From: Candidatus Caldarchaeum sp.
Lineage (GTDB): Archaea > Thermoproteota > Nitrososphaeria_A > Caldarchaeales > Caldarchaeaceae
Reading direction: 5' to 3'
Length of the DNA: 64,000 bases
Assembly: GCA_033580815.1 (NCBI GenBank)
Contig: JAVQUC010000001.1
Coordinates: 93,259-157,258, forward strand
The first letter of the stretch is position 1. Each line of letters begins with the position of its first letter. The notes under the pieces were generated by a model. The model was not told where the DNA came from. It ran no database searches and saw only the letters and a list, made by a program, of their open reading frames with translations. Both the position numbers and the translations under genes were made by a program. Below are positions 18,094 through 26,993 of the stretch, in pieces.

Positions 18094-20280
18094 CTAGTCC
18101 TCGACAAACTGCGAAATCGTCGGAATCTCCGGCGGCAAACCCTTTCTCTTTCTGATTTCCTGAATTACTTTGTCTTTGAGCGATGCCGGAACGGGTTTCC
18201 ATTGGCTGAATTCCGTCGCCCAGAAGGCTTTGCCCATAGTCGCACTCCTCATGGCTTCGCTGAGGTCGAAGGTCTCCGAAGCCGGGATTTCTCCGACGAC
18301 CACAGTAACGTATTCAGCCTGTTTAACGTCAACTACGCGGCCTCTCTTGCTAGTTATTGTCGATGTGACAGCTCCCATGAATTCTGGCGCGACTTTTGCC
18401 TCGATTTTCAGGACGGGCTCGAGCAGTACTGGAGACGCCGAAAGAACGCTGGCATACAAGCTTCTCCATGTGGCAGGGGCTATCTGGGCATACCCCCTGT
18501 GAACGGGGTCTTCATGCAATTCGACTTGTGTCAAAACGGCTTTTACGCCCCGCATGTTCTCAGCCGCTAGAGGCCCTTCTTGCATGACCCTCTGGAATCC
18601 GCCTATGATCATCATCTTTGACTCCTGTAGGTACTGTGCTCCCTTGGTAGCGTCAACAAGAATGTTTCCTTTTCCGTCAATCTGCCAGACGTTTCTGGCC
18701 TCGTCGGCATCCCAGCCATGTTCTCGAAGGATCTTTGCGACCACTTTCCGGTCCATCTCGTCGAAAAGCTCGCCCTTACGAATGAGCTCTATGATTTCCG
18801 ACTCCAACGGCTCGACGCGAGTATAGATTCGGTTATGCCTGTTCGGTGATTTCCCTTCAAACTCTTTACCGTTGGTTTGGACCGTCTCCCTGTAGAGAAT
18901 GATGGGCCTGCCAGACACAATTTCTAAACCTGCCTTCTGTATCCATGTCAAAGCGATTTCGAGATGGAGCGTTCCCATACCACTGATGAGGTATTCGCCC
19001 GTTTCCGGCCTTACGACAGTCACCAAGGTGGGGTCTTCTATCGTCAGTTTGTTGAGGAATTCAACTAGCTTGGGAAGGTCCCTGCTGTATTTTGGCTCTA
19101 CGGAAATGGTAACCACAGGCTCCGAAACATACTTGAGTGATTCGAAGGGGATTGTTTCAACAGAGCCGATTGTGTCACCAGCTCTTACCTCAGCAAGCCC
19201 GAGGACCGCTGGAATGTTTCCAGCCGGTATGCTGCCGACGATTTCCCTCGAAGGCCCCATGTAGACTCCCACCTGTTGAACACGTCCGGAAATGTTCCTC
19301 CCAACAATTATTATAGAATCTCCCTCGGTTATGGTTCCGCTGAAAAGCCTTCCCGTGGCGACTACTCCTGCCTGCGGGTCGACTCGGACGTCCGTAACGG
19401 CCATGACTGTAGGGCCGTTTTCGTCGCAGTTTAGCATGGCCTGGCCAACTTCGCTTTCGAGGTCGCCTTTCCAAATCTTCGATATACGGTATTTCTGGGC
19501 AACGTGGGGCGGAGGATGCTTCGATATCACCATTTCCAGCAGTGCTTCGTGGAGAGGAGTTTTCTGCCTAAGCCACTCGACATCTTCTCGGCTGAAGGCA
19601 TCTATCACGTCGCTGAACTTTATCCCTTTCTGCTGCGCTATCTTGACGGTGAATCCCCAACGGTCTTTAGAGCTGCCGAGCGCTACTGTGTTGTCAGCGA
19701 AGCTAAGCTTCCATTTCTCGCGTTGGTCGGGTTCCCCATATATGTCGATCAAATTGTTAACGTCCCTGACTATTCTTGCCAGGGTTTCCTGAATTCTTTC
19801 AGGTGGAAGACGAAGCTCTTTAACTAATCGGTCGATTTTGTTTATGTACAGAACAGGCCTTACCCTTTCGCTCAAAGCTTGACGAATTACAGTTTCGGTC
19901 TGTGTCATGACTCCTTCCACGGCGTCCACCACGACGATGGCGCCGTCGATAGCCCTCAAAGCCCTTGTAACCCTGCCCGAAAAGTCAACGTGGCCAGGCG
20001 TGTCGATGAGGTTGACGATGTACTGCTTTCCATCCGTTTCGTAGTAGAGGGATACGTTGGCCGCTTTAATGGTCATCTGCCTTTGCTGCTCTTCCTCGAG
20101 GTAGTCTAAAGCCAGAGCCCTTCCAGCCAAAGATGGAGAAAGAAGTCCTGCAGCAGCGAGAAGCGAGTCGGAGGTCGTTGTCTTGCCGTGGTCGACATGG
20201 GCGATGATACCGATGTTCCGAATGCTTTCTTTGTTCTTCAGAATGTCCACAACTTCGGATATACGCTTGACTCTCGGCAT
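18094..20280 (-). CDS. fusA: translation elongation factor 2 (aEF-2)
   Basis: 728 aa. G1 AHVDHGKTT, DTPGHVDF, and the diphthamide-loop region HEDPVHRG. Confidence 0.95.
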   Translation of the reverse strand: MPRVKRISEVVDILKNKESIRNIGIIAHVDHGKTTTSDSLLAAAGLLSPSLAGRALALDYLEEEQQRQMTIKAANVSLYYETDGKQYIVNLIDTPGHVDFSGRVTRALRAIDGAIVVVDAVEGVMTQTETVIRQALSERVRPVLYINKIDRLVKELRLPPERIQETLARIVRDVNNLIDIYGEPDQREKWKLSFADNTVALGSSKDRWGFTVKIAQQKGIKFSDVIDAFSREDVEWLRQKTPLHEALLEMVISKHPPPHVAQKYRISKIWKGDLESEVGQAMLNCDENGPTVMAVTDVRVDPQAGVVATGRLFSGTITEGDSIIIVGRNISGRVQQVGVYMGPSREIVGSIPAGNIPAVLGLAEVRAGDTIGSVETIPFESLKYVSEPVVTISVEPKYSRDLPKLVEFLNKLTIEDPTLVTVVRPETGEYLISGMGTLHLEIALTWIQKAGLEIVSGRPIILYRETVQTNGKEFEGKSPNRHNRIYTRVEPLESEIIELIRKGELFDEMDRKVVAKILREHGWDADEARNVWQIDGKGNILVDATKGAQYLQESKMMIIGGFQRVMQEGPLAAENMRGVKAVLTQVELHEDPVHRGYAQIAPATWRSLYASVLSASPVLLEPVLKIEAKVAPEFMGAVTSTITSKRGRVVDVKQAEYVTVVVGEIPASETFDLSEAMRSATMGKAFWATEFSQWKPVPASLKDKVIQEIRKRKGLPPEIPTISQFVED

Positions 20281-20332
20281 ATCGCTTCCGACGGCTTTTC
20301 GATATTCTCGGCTTTAAGGATATGCGGAGGAA

Positions 20333-20788
20333 CTACTTCTTTTTCTTCTTGGCGGGCTCAAGCTCCCGTTTGAGGCCTTCAACGATTTCCTTAACCTTAG
20401 TTTTTGTGGTCGACTCTATCAACCTGCTTCCAACGCTGGCTACCATACCTCCGACAACAACATCCGCGTCCCAAGCAACCTCTGTTCCCCCGTCGACTGG
20501 GTTGAGATTAATGTTCAGAACCAGGTCAGCGGTAGACTGCATTCCCGAACCATGGCCAACAACCTTCACAAATTCGGAACCTCTCACTTCCTCCATCTTG
20601 AACGACATGCTCAGAGTACCTTTGATCATTCCAAGGCCGATTTTGAACGCTACTTTGAAATTTCTTTCGTCGATTTTTTCGTACTTTTGCACGTCGGGTA
20701 TGAGCTTAACAAAGCTGTCGGGATCTGTTACGAAGCGAAAGACCTTCTCGCGGTCAGCCGCCACGACGAACTTGTCCGAAAGCTTCAT
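20333..20788 (-). CDS. coxG: SRPBCC/CoxG family protein
   Basis: 151 aa with a CoxG-like N-terminus (KLSDKFVVAADREKVFRFVTDPDSFVKLIPDV). Lies 4 nt downstream of coxS. Confidence 0.7.
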   Translation of the reverse strand: MKLSDKFVVAADREKVFRFVTDPDSFVKLIPDVQKYEKIDERNFKVAFKIGLGMIKGTLSMSFKMEEVRGSEFVKVVGHGSGMQSTADLVLNINLNPVDGGTEVAWDADVVVGGMVASVGSRLIESTTKTKVKEIVEGLKRELEPAKKKKK

Positions 20789-20792
20789 CGAG

Positions 20793-21332
20793 TTAAACCT
20801 CTATGACGGGTTTACCCGAGGACCTGATTTCCTCCGCTGCAGCGAGGATTGACTTAACTATGTTGACGTATCCCGTGCATCTGCAGAGGTTTCCCGAAAT
20901 ACCGTGACGCACCTCCTCTTCAGTGGGGTTCGGGTTTATCATCAAAAAGCCTGCAGCTGCCATGATCATACCCGGAGTGCAGTAGCCGCACTGCAAACCA
21001 TGGTTTTCCCAAAAGGCTTTCTGCAACGGATGGAGTTGGTCTCCCTTCGCCAAACCTTCGATGGTGAGTATTCTCTTCCCGTTTGCTTGAACGGCGAACA
21101 TCGTGCAAGATTTAATTGCTTTCCACTGGCCGTTCATTTCCATCAACACGGTGCAAGCCCCGCAGTTAGTGGTGTCACATCCAATGTGCGTCCCAGTAAG
21201 CCCGGCATACTCCCGGATGAAATGTACCAGAAGAAGACGAGGTTCCACCTCGTATGAATATTTCGTGCCGTTGATATCGATTACCACCTGCTTCTTAGCG
21301 GGAGCGAGTTGCTTCACTTTTTTAGAAACCAC
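20793..21332 (-). CDS. coxS: Mo-hydroxylase small subunit, [2Fe-2S]-binding (CoxS/CutC type)
   Basis: 179 aa. Cys motifs [18 protein letters not shown] and CRCTGY. Confidence 0.9.
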   Translation of the reverse strand: MVSKKVKQLAPAKKQVVIDINGTKYSYEVEPRLLLVHFIREYAGLTGTHIGCDTTNCGACTVLMEMNGQWKAIKSCTMFAVQANGKRILTIEGLAKGDQLHPLQKAFWENHGLQCGYCTPGMIMAAAGFLMINPNPTEEEVRHGISGNLCRCTGYVNIVKSILAAAEEIRSSGKPVIEV

Positions 21333-21342
21333 TACTCATCAC

Positions 21343-22218
21343 CTAAATCGCAACACCTGCTCTTTCCAGAGCCTTATATAAAGATCTCCTCGTGAAGACC
21401 TTCGCCATCTCACGCTTGTACGCCGCTGAACCCCTCAGGTCAGACGACGGGTCGGACATCGCTGAAGCGGCCTTAGCCGCCTGCTCTATCAAGTCCTTCG
21501 TCGGTTTCTGACCCAACAACAGCTCTTGCGCATCTGTTGCTACGAACGGAAACGGGTTAACAGCCGTCAGACCGAGACCCACTTTCTCGAACTCGCCTTT
21601 CTCGTTTAAGATAACCAAGGAAGCAACGCCCACAATCGCGTAGTCACCCGCCTTTCTTTCAAATTTGATATAAGCTTGACCCACTTTTGGGCCCTTCGGA
21701 ACCGGAATTCTGGTTTCCACTATGAGTTCTGTAGGCTTCAAAGCGGTTTCGAAGGGGCCTTTGAAGAATTTGTTCGCCTTGATGACCCTTTTTGAAGTCC
21801 CCTGTGCTACGATTTCAGCGTCTAGGGCAAGGGCCGATGCGGGCCAGTCTGCTGCTGGGTCGGCATGCGCTAGTGCGCCGCAAAAGGTCCCTAGGTTTCT
21901 TACCTGCATGTCGCCGATGTGTACAGCCGCGTCAGTCATCATCGGAAGCTTCTGCTTGATGAGCTGCGAATGCTCGATGTCTGCATGCCTAACCAACGCA
22001 CCTATCCGAACTGCCTTGCCGGTGTCTTTGATGTAGTTTAAGGCCTTGATGTTGTTTATGTCTACGATATATTGTGGCGAAAGGAGGCGCAGCTTCATCA
22101 TTGGTATCAGGCTCATTCCTCCGCTAAGAACCTTAGCATCTTCACCATATTTACGCAAGAGCGAAACAGCTTGCGCGACCGTTGTGGGCGCGAAGTATTC
22201 GAACTTTCTAGGAATCAT
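21343..22218 (-). CDS. coxM: Mo-hydroxylase medium subunit, FAD-binding (CoxM/CutB type)
   Basis: Homology begins at MIPRKFEYFAPTTVAQAVSLL (ATG 22218). Contains LSGGMSLIPMMKLR and a CO_deh_flav C-terminal domain. The track ORF start at 22335 is an upstream extension. Confidence 0.85.
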   Translation of the reverse strand: MIPRKFEYFAPTTVAQAVSLLRKYGEDAKVLSGGMSLIPMMKLRLLSPQYIVDINNIKALNYIKDTGKAVRIGALVRHADIEHSQLIKQKLPMMTDAAVHIGDMQVRNLGTFCGALAHADPAADWPASALALDAEIVAQGTSKRVIKANKFFKGPFETALKPTELIVETRIPVPKGPKVGQAYIKFERKAGDYAIVGVASLVILNEKGEFEKVGLGLTAVNPFPFVATDAQELLLGQKPTKDLIEQAAKAASAMSDPSSDLRGSAAYKREMAKVFTRRSLYKALERAGVAI

Positions 22219-22242
22219 CAAGCTCTTTTGGATTCCGCCCTG

Positions 22243-22291
22243 CTTAAAAATTTTTAGAAAAACACTTTGTCCAAGGAATAGTTTAATTAAA
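22243..22291. promoter_or_regulatory. divergent coxM / coxD promoter region with two A/T boxes
   Basis: CTTAAAAATTTTT lies about 25-40 nt from coxM ATG 22218. TTTAATTAAA lies about 26-35 nt from coxD TTG 22317. Confidence 0.35.
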
Positions 22292-22316
22292 CCCGGTTCC
22301 GCATGATTGATTAGGG

Positions 22317-23183
22317 TTGTTGGAAAACCTAACACCGGAAGTGTTGGTCAAAGAGATGGAGAAGGAGCTTTACGTGGCCGATGAGCCGCTGGCCCTCGCC
22401 GTTTACCTAGCCTTGAAGCTTGAGAAGCCCCTGCTCATCGAAGGTGAGCCCGGGTGCGGAAAAACCGAAGTAGCGAAAGTGTTGGCAAAACTTCTGGAGA
22501 CGGACTTGATTCGTCTTCAGTGCTATGAGGGAATCACAGCGTCTCAAGCTCTTTACGAATGGGACTATCCCAGACAGTTAATCAACATCAGACTCCTCGA
22601 AGACAAGAAAACGGTCGACGAAATAAGCGAAGAAGTTTTCAGCGAAAAATATCTCCTTAAAAGGCCTCTGTTAGCTGCTCTGCTTCACGAAGGTCGTAAC
22701 CCGCCGGTCCTTCTCATCGACGAAATAGACAGAAGCGATGAAGAATTCGAAGGATTTCTGCTCGAATTCTTGGCAGAGTTCCAAGTTACTATTCCGGAAC
22801 TGGGAACCATCAAAGCAAAAAAGAAGCCGATCGTGATAATAACGTCTAACCGCACTCGTGAAGTAGGAGACGGTCTTCGAAGGCGATGCTTGTATCTATA
22901 TGTGACTTATCCATCGCCCGAAAAGGAAAGACGGATACTTTCGCTGAAGGTGCCGAATCTATCGACGAAGTTGGCCGATGAGGTTGTTGCGTTCGTTCAG
23001 AGGCTGCGTCAGGTGAACGAACTGACGAAAAAGCCAGGAATATCCGAGACCCTTGACTGGGCCAATGCTTTGACTGTTTTGGGAACTAAAGAAATAACCC
23101 CCTCAATCCTATCTTCGACGCTCACGTGCTTAATCAAGAACGAGGACGACCTAAAAGTCGTCAAAGAGCTGGGATTAGTTTAG
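22317..23183 (+). CDS. coxD: MoxR-type AAA+ ATPase (CoxD-like)
   Basis: 288 aa. Walker A GEPGCGKT, Walker B LLIDEIDR. Confidence 0.85.
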   Translation: MLENLTPEVLVKEMEKELYVADEPLALAVYLALKLEKPLLIEGEPGCGKTEVAKVLAKLLETDLIRLQCYEGITASQALYEWDYPRQLINIRLLEDKKTVDEISEEVFSEKYLLKRPLLAALLHEGRNPPVLLIDEIDRSDEEFEGFLLEFLAEFQVTIPELGTIKAKKKPIVIITSNRTREVGDGLRRRCLYLYVTYPSPEKERRILSLKVPNLSTKLADEVVAFVQRLRQVNELTKKPGISETLDWANALTVLGTKEITPSILSSTLTCLIKNEDDLKVVKELGLV

Positions 23184-23185
23184 GC

Positions 23186-24337
23186 ATGTCTGCCACGGAC
23201 CTCCTTTTTCTGGTGACGGAAGTTTCAAGGAGATTAAGGAGTTATGGGGTTAAATGCGGAACTTCAGAATCTTTAGATGCTTACCGAGCCCTGGGTTTGA
23301 CGAAAATTAGGTCGTTGGACCATTTGAAGCAGATTCTCCGGCTTTGCATGATAAAAAGGCTTGAAGATTATGAAATTTTTGACAGAATCTTCGAGGAGCT
23401 ACAAAGGCAGAAAACTTCTAGGGAGCAAACGGGCGGAGGAGAGCAGGCGGGCGAGAAGACGACGGGGCAGAAGAAAACGGATAGAGGCGATGCGTCTCGA
23501 GAAACTCAGAGACAAATGACCGTTTACTACAGCCCTGTCGAGGTTTTGATGAAAAGAGAACTACCGACGCCCACCCTGGCTTTTCTGCGCGAAAGCAAGC
23601 GTGTGATGAAGCGTTTTCGGAGAAGGCTTGCTCTTCTTCCAGGACGGCGGTTCGAGAGAAGCAGTAAAGGGCTGATCGACTTCGGTGAAACCATTCGTCA
23701 AAGCCTGCGTACACAAGGGGAAATACTGAGGGTTTTACGGAAGAGGAGGAAGGTCACTCGATGCAAGCTTGTCGCCATCTTCGACGTAAGCGGTTCCATG
23801 GACACTTATACGGAGTTTTTGATGCAGTCCATGTATGCACTAGCGCGTCAAAGCGTGGCAGTTGAAGTTTTCGTGTTCAGCACGAAGCTGATGAAGGTAA
23901 GCAGTTTGCTGAAGTACTTCGGCCCGAAGAAGGCGGCTGAGCTTATCTCACGAGATGTCAACATTTGGGGAAGCGGGACACGAATCGGCAGCTGCCTACG
24001 GACCTTCGTCGAAAAGCACAGGGGAGTGGTGGGAAGGGGAACAGTGGCTCTCATCGTGAGCGACGGATGGGATACGGGAGAGCCTGAAATACTCGACAAG
24101 TCGATGAAAGCTCTTAAGAGCATGGTGGGTAGAATTGTATGGATTAACCCGCACGCCGATAAACCCGGATTCAAGCCGAGGACAATCGGAATGGAGACCG
24201 CTATGCCTTACATTGATGTGTTGGCCGGGATGAATGCACTGAAAAGCCTGAAAGGGTTCAAATCTTACTTTGGCTCAGGGCTGGAGCCTTTGGGAAAAAG
24301 GTCTATCAGCAGACAGGTCCGACCCTTTCGCCCGTAG
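23186..24337 (+). CDS. coxE: VWA-domain protein (CoxE-like)
   Basis: MIDAS motif FDVSGSM. ATG 23186 follows the coxD stop directly. The track ORF start at 23126 is an in-frame extension overlapping coxD. Confidence 0.8.
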   Translation: MSATDLLFLVTEVSRRLRSYGVKCGTSESLDAYRALGLTKIRSLDHLKQILRLCMIKRLEDYEIFDRIFEELQRQKTSREQTGGGEQAGEKTTGQKKTDRGDASRETQRQMTVYYSPVEVLMKRELPTPTLAFLRESKRVMKRFRRRLALLPGRRFERSSKGLIDFGETIRQSLRTQGEILRVLRKRRKVTRCKLVAIFDVSGSMDTYTEFLMQSMYALARQSVAVEVFVFSTKLMKVSSLLKYFGPKKAAELISRDVNIWGSGTRIGSCLRTFVEKHRGVVGRGTVALIVSDGWDTGEPEILDKSMKALKSMVGRIVWINPHADKPGFKPRTIGMETAMPYIDVLAGMNALKSLKGFKSYFGSGLEPLGKRSISRQVRPFRP

Positions 24338-25175
24338 CTTGGGAAAAAACGTCCTGTAACTCTTTCTCGACAGATTTAACTTCCGCAAGCCTCCTGCCTG
24401 TTCCTCCCTTTTCTAGGCTAATTATCTCGGCAAAAATGCTCAGTGCAATCTCTTCCGGTTTTTCAGCGCCTATGTCTACACCTGCCGGAGAGGATATGCG
24501 TTTGACCAAATCCTCTGGAACACCCATTCTCAGCAACGTCTCGAAGACTATACCGGCCCTCTTCGAGCTTGCTATTAGCCCGATGTATTTGGCGCCGCCG
24601 TCAAGGGCTATTTTCAGGTACTTATGGTCGAACTTATGCATCGTCGACACAACGACTGCGGTATTAGAGTCGATTTCGACACCTTTGAGGTCCGGGTCCG
24701 TAACGTAAACGTCTACCGATGAAGGGTCTTTGAACATTCCGTCTGGGTCTGCGACCACGACCTTGTAATCGAGCATCTTTCCGATTTTGGCTAGGCTTTC
24801 GACTATGCCCCCGTGACCCACCAGTACAAGTTGTTTCTTAGGAAGAACCGGCTCCAGATAAACTTCCATCGAGCCTCCGCACGGTACGCCTGTTCCGCGA
24901 AGCTCATCTTCCATCTCGAGGTAAATCGTCCGGCTTCTGCCCTCTTTTATCGTTTTAAGTGCCTCGTGCAGAACGGTCGTTTCAACGCATCCTCCTCCAA
25001 CCCAGCCAAAAAGGCCCTTTCCATCCTCTAAGATGATCGCTTTCGAGCCCAATTTTCCAGACGTATGTCCGATGGTCTTGACGACGGTGGCTATGCAGAA
25101 TTTTTTCTGCTCGCCCAACAGCTCGGCGACCTTCGCATAAAAGGTACGGTTGTCCAACGCTATTGGAAAAAGCAT
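24306..25175 (-). CDS. xdhC: XdhC/CoxI family Mo-cofactor insertion chaperone
   Basis: 289 aa. N-terminal XdhC_CoxI domain (ATVVKTIGHTSGKLGSKAII) plus a Rossmann-like C domain (LVLVGHGGIV). Confidence 0.8.
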   Translation of the reverse strand: MLFPIALDNRTFYAKVAELLGEQKKFCIATVVKTIGHTSGKLGSKAIILEDGKGLFGWVGGGCVETTVLHEALKTIKEGRSRTIYLEMEDELRGTGVPCGGSMEVYLEPVLPKKQLVLVGHGGIVESLAKIGKMLDYKVVVADPDGMFKDPSSVDVYVTDPDLKGVEIDSNTAVVVSTMHKFDHKYLKIALDGGAKYIGLIASSKRAGIVFETLLRMGVPEDLVKRISSPAGVDIGAEKPEEIALSIFAEIISLEKGGTGRRLAEVKSVEKELQDVFSQATGERVGPVC

Positions 25176-25204
25176 TTGCTAAAATATAAGCTAATCCATC
25201 GCCA

Positions 25205-26452
25205 TTGGGGTTGCGCCGTATCGAAAAGTTCACAAACATCTGGAAGGCGCAAGACCTGCTGCTCAGCAGAGTAGCGCCGCTGACAAGAGTTGAATCAGTA
25301 AACGTCTTCGAATCGGTGGGAAGAGTGGTTTTCTCGCCTATAATTTCGCACAGGGACCTCCCACCATATGATGCATCGCATATGGACGGCTACGCAGTGA
25401 TCTCGAAAGACCTCGAAAAAGCCTCCCCGGAAAATCCTGTAAAACTCAAAATTGTCGGAACCTGCGAAGTCGGTAAACCACCACCCTTTAAGCTTGACAG
25501 CGGTGAAACGGCTCGAATTTTAACAGGAGCCTTTTTGCCGGAAAACTCAGACGCCGTTGTTCCCCAAGAATTCGTATCCGTCGAGGGAAATTTGGTCTGT
25601 TTCACGTCGCCCGCGGTTCCATGGCAGTTCGTGGATTTGAAAGGGTTCGACGTAAGAAGTGGTCTAAAGATATTTGACAGAGGCCACACGCTGAAGATGG
25701 CTGATGCTGTTCTTCTTGCTTCACTAGGTATCGAAAGGATAGAGGTTCTACAAAAACCAAAGGTCGGCTTACTCGCCGTCGGAGACGAATTGACCGACAG
25801 CTTTGAAGAAGCACGCCGCGGTAAAGTTCTCAACACACACACGCATCTCATCAGGAAGCTCGTAGAGGCGGCAGGGGGAGAAGCCGTCTTTCTGGGAATA
25901 GTTCCCGACGACCCTGCGGCCTTAAAGACAAAAGTCGAAACCTATGCATCGGAGCTAGACCTCTTGCTTTCGATAGCCGGGTCGTCCATCAGCGAAAAAG
26001 ACGTCTCGTCGATTTTCACATCGCAGGAGTCTGAGTCAGTGTTTGTCCATGGACTGACCCTACAGCCTGGCCGGGTAGGGGGTTTTGGGTTTGTTGGACA
26101 GAAGCCATTCATATTGTTGCCCGGTCTGATCATGTCGACTTTAAACGTGTTCATGTTTCTCGCCTACCCCGTTATCCGAAAGCTTCAGCATCAACACCCT
26201 CGTTTCTACCACAGAAGGGTCAAGGCAAAGCTGGTTGACGACGTCCGCTTCAGAAAACACATTGACTTCGTGAAGATCGTGTGGGTGACGGTAGTGGACG
26301 ATGGCGACGAGCTCGTTTGTCGCCCGATTCTCGGGGAGTCCAGCGGTGTTAGCATCCCATCTCGTTCCGACGGTTTCGTCGTTGCCCCACCTGGACAAGC
26401 GAATTTGGAGCGCGGCACTATGGTTTGGGTGAATTTTCCACCTGCTTTATGA
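25205..26452 (+). CDS. moeA: molybdopterin molybdenumtransferase MoeA
   Basis: 415 aa. MoeA N domain (HMDGYAV), MoCF biosynthesis domain (VGLLAVGDEL), MoeA C domain. Confidence 0.85.
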   Translation: MGLRRIEKFTNIWKAQDLLLSRVAPLTRVESVNVFESVGRVVFSPIISHRDLPPYDASHMDGYAVISKDLEKASPENPVKLKIVGTCEVGKPPPFKLDSGETARILTGAFLPENSDAVVPQEFVSVEGNLVCFTSPAVPWQFVDLKGFDVRSGLKIFDRGHTLKMADAVLLASLGIERIEVLQKPKVGLLAVGDELTDSFEEARRGKVLNTHTHLIRKLVEAAGGEAVFLGIVPDDPAALKTKVETYASELDLLLSIAGSSISEKDVSSIFTSQESESVFVHGLTLQPGRVGGFGFVGQKPFILLPGLIMSTLNVFMFLAYPVIRKLQHQHPRFYHRRVKAKLVDDVRFRKHIDFVKIVWVTVVDDGDELVCRPILGESSGVSIPSRSDGFVVAPPGQANLERGTMVWVNFPPAL

Positions 26453-26608
26453 ATACGGGGTCAGCTCGGCTCTTCCTGCATCATGAGTCAGTCTGGGGCA
26501 GCGGCCTCATCCCCCACCACCACAAGTATACCATCAGCTAATATGCTTATAATCGCAGCCGAAAAAACTTAAAACAAGCCTGTTTGGTCTATCCGCCGCG
26601 TGAGTATA

Positions 26609-26716
26609 ATGTTGAATGAATCGTTGTTCAGAGCCGAAGAAGAGGAGGAATTCGAGGAAGAATGGGAAGAGGAAGACTTCGAGGAGGAGGAATGGGAGGA
26701 AGAGGAAGAGTTTTAG
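26609..26716 (+). CDS. candidate micro-ORF encoding an ultra-acidic Glu/aromatic peptide
   Basis: 35 codons: MLNESLFRAEEEEEFEEEWEEEDFEEEEWEEEEEF. An alternative in-frame GTG lies at 26600. The TATA-like CTTAAAA (26568-26574) lies about 27 nt upstream of that GTG. All pyrimidine interruptions of the purine tract keep one codon register. Confidence 0.35.
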   Translation: MLNESLFRAEEEEEFEEEWEEEDFEEEEWEEEEEF

Positions 26717-26992
26717 CTATTCACCGGTTTCTTCTCCCTCTTTTTTGTGGGTGTAGAGTACGATGCTTGTGACGGTGCTTTTTACCCCTTCGACGGCCAA
26801 TATCTTGTTTTTGAGAAAATCCCGGAATGCCTTGATGTCTTTAGTCGTGACGAAGACTATCAAGTCGAATTCTCCAGTCACTTCGTAAACGTCGATGACT
26901 TCGGGCAGTTTGCTAATCTGTTTCGCAACCTTCTCAATCGAATTGCTTTCAGCGAAGATGTGTATGATCGCTCTCACAGCCGGAACCGACAA
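26717..26992 (-). CDS. stand-alone RAM (Lrp/AsnC ligand-binding) domain protein
   Basis: 91 aa with EVIDVYEVTGEFDLIVFVTTKD, the typical AsnC_trans_reg domain. No HTH is present. Confidence 0.75.
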   Translation of the reverse strand: MSVPAVRAIIHIFAESNSIEKVAKQISKLPEVIDVYEVTGEFDLIVFVTTKDIKAFRDFLKNKILAVEGVKSTVTSIVLYTHKKEGEETGE

Positions 26993-26993
26993 A

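Noticed and set aside
19292-19792. 166-aa plus-strand ORF, plus several others within 18.1-20.3 kb
   Set aside because: All are antisense to the aEF-2 gene.
20322-20852. 176-aa plus-strand ORF
   Set aside because: It is antisense to coxG and the coxS 3' end, with no motifs. The minus-strand genes carry clear family signatures.
22219-22335. N-terminal extension of the coxM ORF
   Set aside because: CoxM-family proteins start at the MxPxxFxY motif (ATG 22218). The extension covers the divergent promoter region.
26470-26515. Possible C/D-box sRNA on the minus strand (AUGAUGC ... CUGA about 13 nt apart)
   Set aside because: There is only one imperfect C box and one D-like box. No C'/D' pair or terminal stem is present, and the downstream part runs into the moeA coding end. 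This is insufficient.
26483-26572. 29-codon ORF MSQSGAAASSPTTTSIPSANMLIIAAEKT
   Set aside because: It has no promoter or SD geometry, no compositional signal and no periodicity. It is probably chance.
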